From: Setoptus koraiensis
Lineage: Eukaryota; Animalia; Arthropoda
DNA: 64,000 nucleotides
NCBI GenBank assembly: GCA_048013815.1
Contig: CM106586.1
Coordinates: 14,136,001-14,200,000, forward strand
Direction: 5' to 3'
Shown here: piece by piece, positions 1-11,100 of the stretch
Layout of the letters: each line of letters begins with the position of its first letter
Position numbering within the stretch: the first letter of the stretch is position 1
Notes under the pieces: generated by a model
What the model was told of the DNA's origin: nothing
Seen by the model: the letters and a program-made list of their open reading frames with translations, nothing else
The model's database searches: none
Position numbers and translations under genes: made by a program

Positions 1-222
1 ATTGTGTCTGATTAGCTGGTTAGCTGATGCCCAGAGCGGTCAGTGCTCTAACTGACCGCTCCCAGTTCGAATCATTGTGCCGTATAATTGTTCGATATAA
101 TCAACATATCATTTCACGAGACCATCCAAGATGGTGAACATTGTAAACATAACGTGCAAACATAAATACATGTAATTAGCGATAATCAGCGAGCCTATTC
201 GTGACTTTGTGAGACTACATTT

Positions 223-248
223 TCTCTCTCTCTCTCTCTCTCTCTCTC
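223..248. repeat. (TC)n microsatellite
   Basis: Direct run of TC dinucleotides. Confidence 0.95.
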
Positions 249-664
249 CCGTGTGGAATCTAGTGACACGACCACTAGTGAAATCAACTTGCAAACAAGC
301 ATTTGATATCCGCTGAAAGAGGATCGCTCGATTTGCAATAGGCAAATCTGATGTTCGACCCGTTGGCGACGCATCGCTGTAGCTTGATCCAAGTTGAACA
401 CTTTACTTCACAAACCGACAAACCATCTATCGTTGTTATTGTGTGTGTGGTCTTCCGGCGACCGGGTGAGTAGATTTTTTGTCCGATATTCCGACAAAGA
501 TCGGGATCATCTCTGCCCAGTGGTTTGCACTCAACTGTTTTTTGTGCTTGTGGTTTCCCCCTAGGTCTTCGTTGTTATACTTGCACCAGCTTTTGATACC
601 GGTTGGCCAGTGGTACCACGATCTCAAGATATTAGCAAGGCGCATTGGCCACCGGGCAAACATA

Positions 665-1006
665 ATGACAGGACCCATCAAATGCGACGTGAATCAAAAT
701 GATCGTTCGTCGAACGACGGCACCATTTTAGCTAAAGACGAAATATTGATTGTTCACGGACAAGTCAGCTATATGCAAAAAGTTGCACTCATTATACTAG
801 GCAGCATTCTGATTCTAGTTGTCTTGTCATCTGTGATACATGCAATTGTCATGTTTATTAGCCACGAACAAGCTACATACAACTTCGAAAATACGGCTGG
901 TAGTAACGCTACCAGCAAGATGATTATTGTTGACGCCGGCAACTCAAGTGTTCATCTCAGAAGTGTCATGTCAGCTTCCTCCAGTCACTGGAGGAAACTG
1001 ACATGA
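665..1006 (+). CDS. Candidate small single-pass membrane protein (orphan ORF)
   Basis: ATG at 665 inside the 479-1006 ORF; hydrophobic segment VALIILGSILILVVLSSVIHAIVMFI. No recognised family; the C-terminus runs through a palindrome. Confidence 0.25.
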   Translation: MTGPIKCDVNQNDRSSNDGTILAKDEILIVHGQVSYMQKVALIILGSILILVVLSSVIHAIVMFISHEQATYNFENTAGSNATSKMIIVDAGNSSVHLRSVMSASSSHWRKLT

Positions 1007-1011
1007 CACTT
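961..1011. repeat. Near-perfect 51-bp palindrome (25-bp arms, 1 mismatch, 1-nt centre)
   Basis: aagtgtcatgtcagcttcctccagt-c-actggaggaaactgacatgacactt. Confidence 0.95.
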
Positions 1012-1503
1012 GATGCTCCGATAGAGTAATGGCCATCGCTACTACCGCTAACAAGACGTGCATTACCGGTCGGACCCGCCCCGTGGTTCCGACCGGTAAG
1101 GTTGGTTGCTGTGGTTGTCGCTGCTGCTGTCGATGACGCTGGCGTGCATTGCGCGTCTGGTTCTGCTGCTGGTTTTGCTACTGGTTTTGCTGCTGCTGGT
1201 TGTCTCATAGAGAGATTGCGACGGTCTGGGCATAGTAGCCACCCACGCCTCTCATGAGGCAGCAGCAAGAGCCACAGGAACAGCGACCACAGCAGAAACA
1301 ACAACAGAGACTTCTATGGAGATAGGAGATATCCCGGAGCAGCAGCAGCAGCAATAGCATCACCACAATTGCTACTATTACTATTATCACTATTACTATT
1401 ATCACTATTGCTATTATCACCATTACTATTATTATTGTTATTACTATTAGCATCACTATTAATAAAAAAACATTTAACGAGCTTGCCCGGCCCATCTTCG
1501 TTA

Positions 1504-1868
1504 TTAGAGTGATCTAGACACAAAGAAAACATCATCAATTATTGCAGAAATCTGGAATTTCCCGGGGAAATGAAAAGAGTTTTCTTGCTCCCCAGAAACA
1601 GCCGAGTTCAACCAGCTACATGGCATGTGGATCGGCGCGTCATGGTTGGGAAGGTTTCCCTGTAAGAGAACATGATAAATAGGCCATGCTTGATTCCAGT
1701 TTCCAATAGTGGGGGCTCCAAGTACTGAATTAATTAAATTCTTCACAGCAAATTTTTCTATCTCAGTGCAGACAAGGAGTCTGCTATAAGTTTCTACCAT
1801 TGCAGGTGAGAGGTGAAGTTTTTGGTTTCCTTGACCTCCTTGAGCCATTTTTACTATCTGAGAAATTA
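1504..1868 (-). CDS. MED23: Mediator subunit 23, internal fragment
   Basis: ISQIVKMAQ...LSPAMVETYSRLLVCTEIEKFAVKNLI...AWPIYHVLL matches my recollection of human MED23 IATRVIKLAH...LAPALVETYSRLLVYMEIESLGIKGFI...AWGILHTLL. The 5' part is lost in the gap and similarity stops near 1660. Confidence 0.75.
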
Positions 1869-2368
1869 NNNNNNNNNNNNNNNNNNNNNNNNNNNNNNNN
1901 NNNNNNNNNNNNNNNNNNNNNNNNNNNNNNNNNNNNNNNNNNNNNNNNNNNNNNNNNNNNNNNNNNNNNNNNNNNNNNNNNNNNNNNNNNNNNNNNNNNN
2001 NNNNNNNNNNNNNNNNNNNNNNNNNNNNNNNNNNNNNNNNNNNNNNNNNNNNNNNNNNNNNNNNNNNNNNNNNNNNNNNNNNNNNNNNNNNNNNNNNNNN
2101 NNNNNNNNNNNNNNNNNNNNNNNNNNNNNNNNNNNNNNNNNNNNNNNNNNNNNNNNNNNNNNNNNNNNNNNNNNNNNNNNNNNNNNNNNNNNNNNNNNNN
2201 NNNNNNNNNNNNNNNNNNNNNNNNNNNNNNNNNNNNNNNNNNNNNNNNNNNNNNNNNNNNNNNNNNNNNNNNNNNNNNNNNNNNNNNNNNNNNNNNNNNN
2301 NNNNNNNNNNNNNNNNNNNNNNNNNNNNNNNNNNNNNNNNNNNNNNNNNNNNNNNNNNNNNNNNNNNN
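1869..2368. other. Scaffold gap (500 N)
   Basis: Exactly 500 N, the same length as the second gap, so a fixed placeholder of unknown true size. Confidence 0.99.
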
Positions 2369-2655
2369 TCGTCGCCGTCGTCGCCCTCTTCGTCTTCGGG
2401 GGCACCGATCTCTACTTCCGGTTGATGTCTCAGTTTGCCGCTTTGATTTGAATTATTATTATTATTATTGGTATTTTGGCTGCTTGCATTGTAGTTATAA
2501 TTGGCACAACTGTTGGCTTTTCTCTGGCTGTTTATCTGTGATGCTGGCTTGTGGTGCTGCTGATGATGCGGTTGTTGCTTTTGGCTGTATTGATGTTGGT
2601 GCTCTAACTGGTTGTTATACGTTGATTGGCCTGCCGAGCTGCTATAGCGCGACAT
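2369..2655 (-). CDS. N-terminus of an unidentified Q/H/N-rich protein, truncated by the gap
   Basis: ATG at 2655; MSRYSSS...QHQYSQKQQPHHQQHH...NNNNNN...PEDEEGDDGD is open until the gap. No domain recognised. Confidence 0.45.
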
Positions 2656-4299
2656 AGTTCGTTGATGCTAATCTTTTGATCGAATTTGCCGATTTCGGAG
2701 CCGTTGTTTGCATTTCTTGTCGCTAGTTGTGTACAACATGTATAAATTTTCTAGCGTAAATTCTCTAGTAAAGAATCTTTACCGTGGTTGGCGTGCGAAT
2801 CTGTCTGTTCATCATGCAGCAGCAGCGGCGGCGGCGGCGGCGGATAATGACAAATGGTGCGCACGAGTCAATGCCATTTCTCTCTGTCTCCAGACAACTC
2901 AATGATGCCAAATGTCATTGCATTGCACTTGTCGGCAGTTGGGGCCAACTTGAGCTTGCCGTTTGCAACTGCTCACTACTGCGCATAAATACGCAGGTAT
3001 GGGAGACAGCGAAATAAAACGGGGTCAGGTATCAACGGCGTGAGATTTGACTTTCTTCGTCTTGCACAATCTCACTGGGGGCGCTCGCGTTCTTTTCATT
3101 CATATATTCTTGTATTCGTATTCGTATACATATATATATATATATTTATATTCATATATACGTATACACAAACACGTGTAAACACAAACAAACAGGCAAC
3201 ATAGCGCAACACATAAATAAATAAACAGTGCGTGTAGAAACAAACAAACGGACAGACTAACACACACACACACACACACAAAACGCGCTGACGGACAGGG
3301 GCCCACAATTGCCGAGAAAATCTACTGATGCAGCAAATGCGATCTTGGCCCCGCTCAGCGGGCTCACTGGCGAATCCGCTTTGCGACTTTGCAACTGACA
3401 GCCAGTAGTAAATTCGTGCCAGTCGCTAATTCTTGGGCCCGACGAGCTGGCTCGTTCGTCTGGTCGCCGGCTCGCTCGTCTGGCCACTTGGTCGGGCACG
3501 CGTTTTGTTGCTTGCTCTCTTTCTTCGGGCCTCACTCGCTCTCGCTCTGACACGAACGAATCAAGCTGTTCCGGTCCCTGTCTCGCTATTTGCCGCTAAG
3601 CGCAATATAACGAAGCTTATCCGCGCGCTCGTTACCGGCACGCTCTGGGCCGGCGCCGCTGCTGCTGCTGCTGCTATAGGCGCTTAAATTTATCCTCCGA
3701 TGCTCTGATGCTAACTCCTCCGGCGGGCACGTGTGCTGCTCGATTCGGGCGCGAGGGGGAGTTTAATTTAAAATGTTTGACTTCTTGCGGTATGGGGCCG
3801 CTCTAGATCAATCAACTCTGGCGGTCGGGGCGCAAACTTTTGCAGTGTTACTTGCGAATCGCTGTTGATTGCAATGATTTGTGTGTGTGTGTGCGTTTTC
3901 TCGCCGGCTGGTCTTTTCTCGCTCGCTGGCAGGAATTGGGGCCCCGGTGGCGCCAGACGTGCTAATTGTAATTTACTTGGTTGGCTGACTTTTGGTTTTG
4001 TGTGTGTCTGGTTGTGTCGTGGTGGCTGTTTTATAGGGGGCGCTCGACGGAATCGCTTCTTTTTGCCGGCGCTCAACGGAGTCGCTTCTTTTTGCCGGCG
4101 CAGTTGATAGTTGACAGTGGGTGCTGTTGTGCCTGTTGGTGCCGGCAATTGGCCGCCAGCCCGCACGCTGTCTGTGTGTATTATCGATGTCGGCTGGGCC
4201 AATTAACCTAATTGGTGGCCTGCGCGCATATGTGCTATATGGCCGCTATATGTTTGGCTGTGTGCGCTGTCGACTGGTGAATATCGCTTCTGGGCTCTC

Positions 4300-4405
4300 G
4301 TGGTTGCCGCTGTCGTCGTGGTTGCCGCTGTTGTCGTCGTCGTCGTCGTGGTTGCCGCTGTTGTTGTTGTCGTCGTAGTTGCCGCTGCTGTTGTCGTCGT
4401 GGTTG
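4300..4405. repeat. Imperfect tandem repeat (gtggttgccgctgttgtcgtc-like) with embedded GTC/GTT triplets
   Basis: About 5 copies of variable length. Confidence 0.8.
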
Positions 4406-4689
4406 TTATTGTTTACTCTGGTGCGCACTTGTTCGCGACTTGTTCGCCTAGCGACCTAGCGACGCGCCGGTTTCTTGCGTTTGTTTGCGACTTGCGCCAC
4501 TAGGCTCGTCGTCGCTGTGTCGCGCTAACTCGCGCGCCGTGACTTGCAAGGCGCCTGACCATCGACCGTGCGCTCGTTGTGCGCTTGCTTGCGCGGAACC
4601 CCGCCGGCGGCGGCGGCCCCGAAACCGTCGAGGCTCCGGCTTGGCGTGGCTTTGTGGTGGCCACTACACGACATGCGCACCGTCGCGCG

Positions 4690-4840
4690 TCACCACACGC
4701 ACACACACGCACACACACGCACACGCACACGACAACAACAACACACACACACACACACGCACACACAACAGCAACAACGACGACAACACACACGCACACA
4801 CACAACAACAACAACAACGACGACGACACACACGCACTCA
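4690..4840. repeat. Compound (CA)n/(CAA)n/(CGA)n microsatellite
   Basis: Seen directly; explains several spurious low-complexity ORFs. Confidence 0.9.
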
Positions 4841-6422
4841 CACCGAATCAATCGAATCTGGGTCAATTGGGGCCCCAATGCAATTGGGGCTGGTGTTAAT
4901 GTCCATTCGGCCCGCACAGCTGATCGCCGGCAGATAGCCAGCGAGCTGGTGGCCAGCGGCCGGCCAAGATAAGAAGCCAAGTTGCGCGCTGTGCGCGCCA
5001 ACAACCTGAGGCCCTGAGGCCGAGGGGCACATAGAGGCGTTCGCGCACTCTCTTGAGCGGCGTTGGCGCTGAAGCGTTCAGCGGTGTCCGCGCGAGTGCA
5101 TTGTGTTTTTACTCAAAAATACAAGTGCACTGAATGTCGGCCGCTGTTGCCGCGGTTGCCGCTGCTGCCGCTGCTGTCGCTGTTGCCGCTGTTGGGCCCG
5201 GCGAGGCCGCACGGGCCGCGGCGCTAGGCAGCAAACGCCAGCGCTGATTCGGCGGGCATATTCGTGCGCTCTGGCGGCCGAGGCGCACCTACCAAGAAAG
5301 GCGCGGGGTGCGCGCATGAGAGCGCCACCCGAACGGCGAGGCATCCAAGCAAACTAATGACCTTGCAACGACAGCCAGTTTCGCTCAGTTAGCTATTGGG
5401 GCCACACTGCCAATAGCTAACAGCTGAGGCCGACGGCGGCATAGATTAATGAAGAATCGCGCGATTGTAGAATTTATATTGTATTATCGGTATACGCACA
5501 CATGTCAATATGCGTGCGCTTTTCGAGCTCGTGCCAGCGCCTAGCTCGCGCCAGCGCCGAGCTCGTGCAAGCGCGCCCAATAAATGTCCGTCTAGGCCGC
5601 CTAGAATGCAGACTCTAGATAATGTAAAGTGTTAAAGGCGCCCGTCGGCCAAGACTCATCGCACTCGTGCCACCGTGCCACTGTCCAGTTGGGCCGCTCT
5701 GCGGGCCCCATTGTCTGGCACAGCCAGCCCGTGCGTCAGTGTGTCTGGGTGACAATTGCGGGCCCGCAAATCGTTCATACTGGCCTGTCAACCGGCACAC
5801 ATTATCTGCACGATCTCGGCACCGCAAATCGCGCGCCGCTGTCTAGACATTTGGCGCTTGCTTTCTGACGGCATGTTTTCTGTTGTGCGTCGCCACTCGA
5901 CCAACAAAGTCGCCGCCGGTCGCTTGAGGGCGCCCGACGTTCTCATGTGAGCGCGCCAATCTGACTCAGATTATCTGAGCGAAACAACCGCGAAATCCAA
6001 TAACACACACACACACACACACAACATTCTAGACTTGGCAGCTAGACAGTCTAGATGGCTAGACTAGATCGCCCGAGTGTGACTGTTACCTGTTTGGCGA
6101 CCCGACGCGCTCGACGGGCCGGCCCGGCCCGACACTATCGCGGCCTGCACGACCTGTGGGCGCTGTGGCCACCATCGCGCTTGGCGCGACAACAACCAAT
6201 CGGCGGCCACTCGAAATCAATCACCCCGAAGACGATAGATAGCTCGGGCTCGATGCCACGTATATAACGATATATGGCCATACATGCACATATATCGCCA
6301 CATATCGTTTGGCTGGATTGGGGCCCTGCTTGCGCATGATTTGAATTAATTTCATGGCCAGGCGCCTCTTTTTGTTGTCCGTCAGCGGCGGGCCGCGTTG
6401 CGACTTGGCGCCGCCAACCGCT

Positions 6423-6446
6423 ACTATTGCCAATATTGGCAATAGT
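6423..6446. repeat. Perfect 24-bp palindrome
   Basis: actattgccaat|attggcaatagt. Confidence 0.95.
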
Positions 6447-7490
6447 CTGTTGGCAATAGTGCGCCAATGGTGCGCATCCAGTAATCCGGCCCGCGTGTGC
6501 GTGCGTGTCGGTGTGCCAGTGTCGCCCCCGGACCGGCCACAACTGGCCGGCCCACAATGCATCACTTAGGCATTCGAGTTACGGCAGAAGGGGGCCGAGA
6601 TTCGAGCCGAATTTCGCCCTGTTTGCTCTGTGCCCGCAAACCGGCCAGCTATCGGCACAGCGCCAGCCAGAGCTGGAAAGGGACAGAGCGAGAGAAAACA
6701 AACAAAAAACGAGAAAGCGGCCCAATAATGATAGCTCCCATTCCGAGAGCGAATTCCTGCAAATTCGGCTCGGATTCTCGTCGGCTCGCCGGCTCGTCGT
6801 GTGAGTGCATGGGGCCATTATTTGCCAGCCGGCACAACCACTCCCCGTTGTTTGATATCACGCGACGCTCATACGACCAACATGGTGTGATATTAGCGCG
6901 ACCCTCCCCCCGTCATGAAACGACCTCATGCGCTCTCCCATGGGCCCCGCGTGACGGGTCTGACCACCAACGACGGGCCCGCAGGTCGTCACACCGTGTC
7001 AAGTCCCGAGCAGATCGAGGCCAGAAATCGGGCCGGCCGGCCGGCCGACCGGACGGACGGATCGAGGCGAGCGGCGAGAAACGCGTGACACAAGCATGAC
7101 TGACACGACCGCCGTCCGCACGCTGGCCACAAGATAACACCAGCCCACTACTGCTAATGATCGCCGGCTATCCGCGCGGCCGCGGCACCTTATCTGCGCT
7201 CGCTCGCTCGCTGTAAACTCGCTCGTCCGGTCTCACTGGCCACTAGCTCGCCAAGTTGTACGGCGAGGCCAATGGCAAATGGGCAGCAGCGAGGCCGTGG
7301 CAAATGGGCATCGGCGGCAAGCAGATAGCGGACAAGTTGCGCGCATTTGGGGCCCTTTGTTGGCAATGGCCAGCGTGCCAGGCGATTGATGTGTGCCCAG
7401 TTCCGTTTGGCTTGCCAGTTGCGCTGGCTCACTTACAAACTTGACTTGGTTCGGGCCGCGCCGCGCCGCGCACAGATGATGCCAGCCGCC

Positions 7491-7545
7491 GCCGACACGG
7501 GCCAACACCGGCCGACACGGGCCGACACGGGCCGACACGGGCCGA
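7491..7545. repeat. 10-bp minisatellite (gccgacacgg) x ~5.5
   Basis: Seen directly. Confidence 0.95.
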
Positions 7546-8049
7546 TATGACGAGAACGCGGGCCGGAGAGGGGGCTAAATATAGATAGAGACGTTTGGTT
7601 GGTGCGCTTGACACTGGGCACGAGACACAACGGCAGCGATAGAGAGAGAGAGAGGGGCGCTTTCAAATAACTCTCGCACGAGCAACATTAAGTTGAATTG
7701 AACAGCCACTGTCTATAGCTGTATATAGATTATTTGCAGCGATATCTATACTCGAGCGCTACTTTATATAAATTAGATTAGCGCCATGAAGTGCCGCTGC
7801 ATTTAGCCATCAACGCGCCCATGAACATCTTTGTTACATGCTGTTGTGCTATATGGTCTTGTTACGTGGGGTGCACTATATGATGGCAACGGTATCATAT
7901 ATTTATATATACATATAATGCGAGCCATATATGTACAATAAGAGCCGTATATATACAGGAGCTGCGCTCAGGAAATGGCGCCCGATTGCCGCTCGAAACA
8001 GTGGCCGAGCCCCGCCAGAAAAATTGTTCAGGTTAAGTGGTGCACGAGA

Positions 8050-8107
8050 GCCGGTCGGGTGACAATGTGATTTCATGTGATTGAAATCACATTGTCACCC
8101 GACCGGC
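8050..8107. repeat. Perfect inverted repeat, 26-bp arms, 6-nt loop
   Basis: gccggtcgggtgacaatgtgatttca-tgtgat-tgaaatcacattgtcacccgaccggc. Confidence 0.97.
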
Positions 8108-11100
8108 CAACAACTGGTGCGTTTCAAACATAGTGTTTGTATCAGTTAGCGAGCGGTTGTGTTGCCCTAATGATAAATGTCACTGACAATTGTGATATGG
8201 CCAATTTACAATCTGAATTGTTCGCGTGCTCAAATTGCAATCCAAACAACATTTGATTCCAAGTTTCACTTGTCGCATTTGTGGCTTGGGCGCGGCAAAT
8301 GGGCAGCCCATGCCACAAATGCGTCCGAGCGAAATGGGCGCCCACGGGGGCACCCCGTGTCAAGCAGAAACCAGTGCTTAAATTTTGGGCATACCCAAAA
8401 TTTCCGGCAAAATCTCCGGAAACGAATCACGCATTGAAGATAGCATCTATCGTTCAGATTGGCGGTAAACCGAAATCGCCGTTCCTGCGCCGATTGTCTC
8501 GCAAGCCGGGATGCGATGATCCGCAGATAAGCGTCGCGGTTGAAACTAACAGGCGAGCTACTTCCGTGCCGTTCCCCTTCTTTTTGGCATCCCGTCACTG
8601 TTTCAATTTCATTTAGAGCGTTCGAAATCTGCCAAAAAACCGAAATTCGTCTGCCCGCAAGCCTGGCAAGCGAAATCGGTGGGCAACACAGCAAAGCTGC
8701 TCGTTTGGTACCTATCGCACATTCGCGGCTGGTATTCATTGTGCTGGTGGCAGTTCAATGGTCACAAACTTGTGAGTGGGTCTCTCGACTGTCGCCACTC
8801 CGAAGCGCATTTGAGCGTTTGGCTGTGGCGCTGCAAATTGAACGAAAAACGACCGGTCGAGCGGCTCGTTTTCTGGAGCCACTGCAACGACAAGCAAATC
8901 TGTCCGCTTTGGGCCGGTTCGCCGTGGCTAGCCGGTCGGTCGGATGCTCGGCAGTTGGGTCAGCTCGAATGTGTGCTTCATTTGCTTCGGCTGGCAAGAC
9001 AACAACAATGCACGCATCGACCATACATACAATGTTGTCCTGCAAATGAGTACGATCATAATGATGATCGTAATAATGATTTTGACCATTCTGCTTACTT
9101 ATGGCCATCTCCACTGCCATTACTGCTAATATTCTATTTGCTTGCCTGCTGGGGGTGCTCGGCTCGACGACTCGATGGCCGGCTGGCCAGACATGATTTA
9201 AGCTCGGCTCGCATCGGTCCCGCAAGCTCGGGCATGTCCCATATTTGATTTGGTGCGGCCCTCTGCAGACCGTCTGAGTCGGACGGCCAAGGGATCACGA
9301 CGGACTGTCATGGGCCCAAACAAACCCAAGCGGCGCCCACGAAACCAGACCAGCGACAAACGTAACGAGCGACAAGAGTAAGTGCTTCTTTCTATTGCAC
9401 TGTGCGCTATATAGCTGCTTCTTTTGGCGAGCTTCATACTTCATTTGGGCCCTCGTTCTTTTCTGACCCACTCGAGCCAGCCACTCATAAACTAGCCGGC
9501 ACACACAGCGAGAATTGGAGATTTTTTCTCTCTTGGTAAATGCTCGCTTGCGCGTTCTTTAGTAGCCAACGCGATATACACACCATCTATTCTTTTATAC
9601 ATCCGATAATTTTGCCCCTCCACACACGTGTGTATATCTGCACTGTCTGACATGTATATATATCTGGACAGCACTGCAAGTTGCGGAGCCAGTGTGTTTA
9701 CCAGTCGTTGGTTAACCAATGAGCTGACCCAAATAGGCCTCCTCACTGGTGCGTCACGCACTAAATTGATGATTGTCGAGCCACCGTGATCGAGCGCGCC
9801 TACTCCGCTTCTTAACTCAATCCAACGTTCAACTGTATCCTAGTGTTACTGCTAATGTAAGAAAAGTGCAAGCCTATGCCACCACACCAGGGGGATAAAG
9901 TGGCATAAAAAGAAGATAAAATGAAATAATGATATAAATATCTATCAATAATACGCTTGCACAGCACCGCACAAACTGAAAGTTGAACCGCTCATGCTTG
10001 GCCCCGCTCTTGTGAGCTCTATTCGATATATATTCGATGGGCCGCTGATCCTTATGACCATCATAATCATAACGAAATAATCAATTTATTTCATACAAAC
10101 AAGACAGAAATCCTTTCGTTGTTGACTACTTTCTAGATAGGAGCTCTTTCTCACCTGTTCTGGGTCGTTCAATCAGAATTTTTCCGGTTCATCGGAATGG
10201 TTTCTCCCAACTGGAGTGAAAGAAAATGAGTTAGAGAAAGAATTCCTTCGACAGGGGACCGTTGCAGAGAAAAATTTCGAACAAAAATAATTCCGAAAAT
10301 AAGAACGATGCGAAAAAACAGTTCACGCGAAAAGTAATCCGACAATGACTTGTGGCGATGTTTTCAGAACGACCTGACTGATTGGTGTTCTGCAGATACT
10401 ATTTGTTTGTCTGGCAAGATCTTGAACGTATTTTTTTTGTCTGGATTTCGAGGGCGCCGCAGTGAAAAAAATTAATATCATTATAAAAACTTAACCTTTG
10501 AGTTTTTTTTTCTGTTTTGCTCCGTTATCCGATGTGCCCTGTCACCTCGAAGAGTGTTTTCATATGACAGGGGCAACTTGAGGGGGGGGGGCAGTCAGCA
10601 TCGCCTGGCAAGCCATCTCAAACAAGGTGAGATATAACAGTTGAAAATTAATCAGATTGACAGTAGTAACACGTTGACAGCGGACAAAAGTCAAAACCCA
10701 ATAGAGTGTGCTTGGCCTCTCGAGGATATAAATTATATCAACTGTGCCGATATGTGTTCGCTGTCAAGAGTGTGTTAATCGTCAGAGTTTCAATCGAGGC
10801 CGACCTATTCATTCAAACATCACGTGTGTGAGTGTGTGTTTTTGAGACGTCACGACACACAAAGAGGCTCACTTGCCGGAGGTGCAAAAGCCAATTGATG
10901 ACGAAGATTAAACCGCGCCCTGATCAAACAGCAACAACATTAATATCAAGCCAGTGTGTATAGGCCGATAACATGGTGTTGCTCTTGATAGAAATAGAGA
11001 CGTTCCCCACTTGGCAAACAACCTTGGCGGCCAGCTATCTAGTGCGTGATAGCTTGTGTTTGTGTCACTTAGGCTTAGCCCATCTAAACAACATTCTATT

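Noticed and set aside
11-72. tRNA/SINE-like segment: 11-bp stem (34-61) followed by GTTCGAATC
   Set aside because: No acceptor stem or cloverleaf could be built and the A-box is poor.
1504-2657. Long ORFs (383, 285, 212, 179 aa) spanning the first gap
   Set aside because: They are open only because Ns translate as X.
2880-2945. miR-92-like sequence attgcacttgtc in a weak hairpin
   Set aside because: The 3' half diverges from miR-92 and the stem is short and bulged; likely chance.
3096-9761. Many overlapping Arg/Ala/Cys/Val-rich ORFs
   Set aside because: Products of GC-rich and microsatellite sequence, present in all frames with no domains or consistent splice structure.
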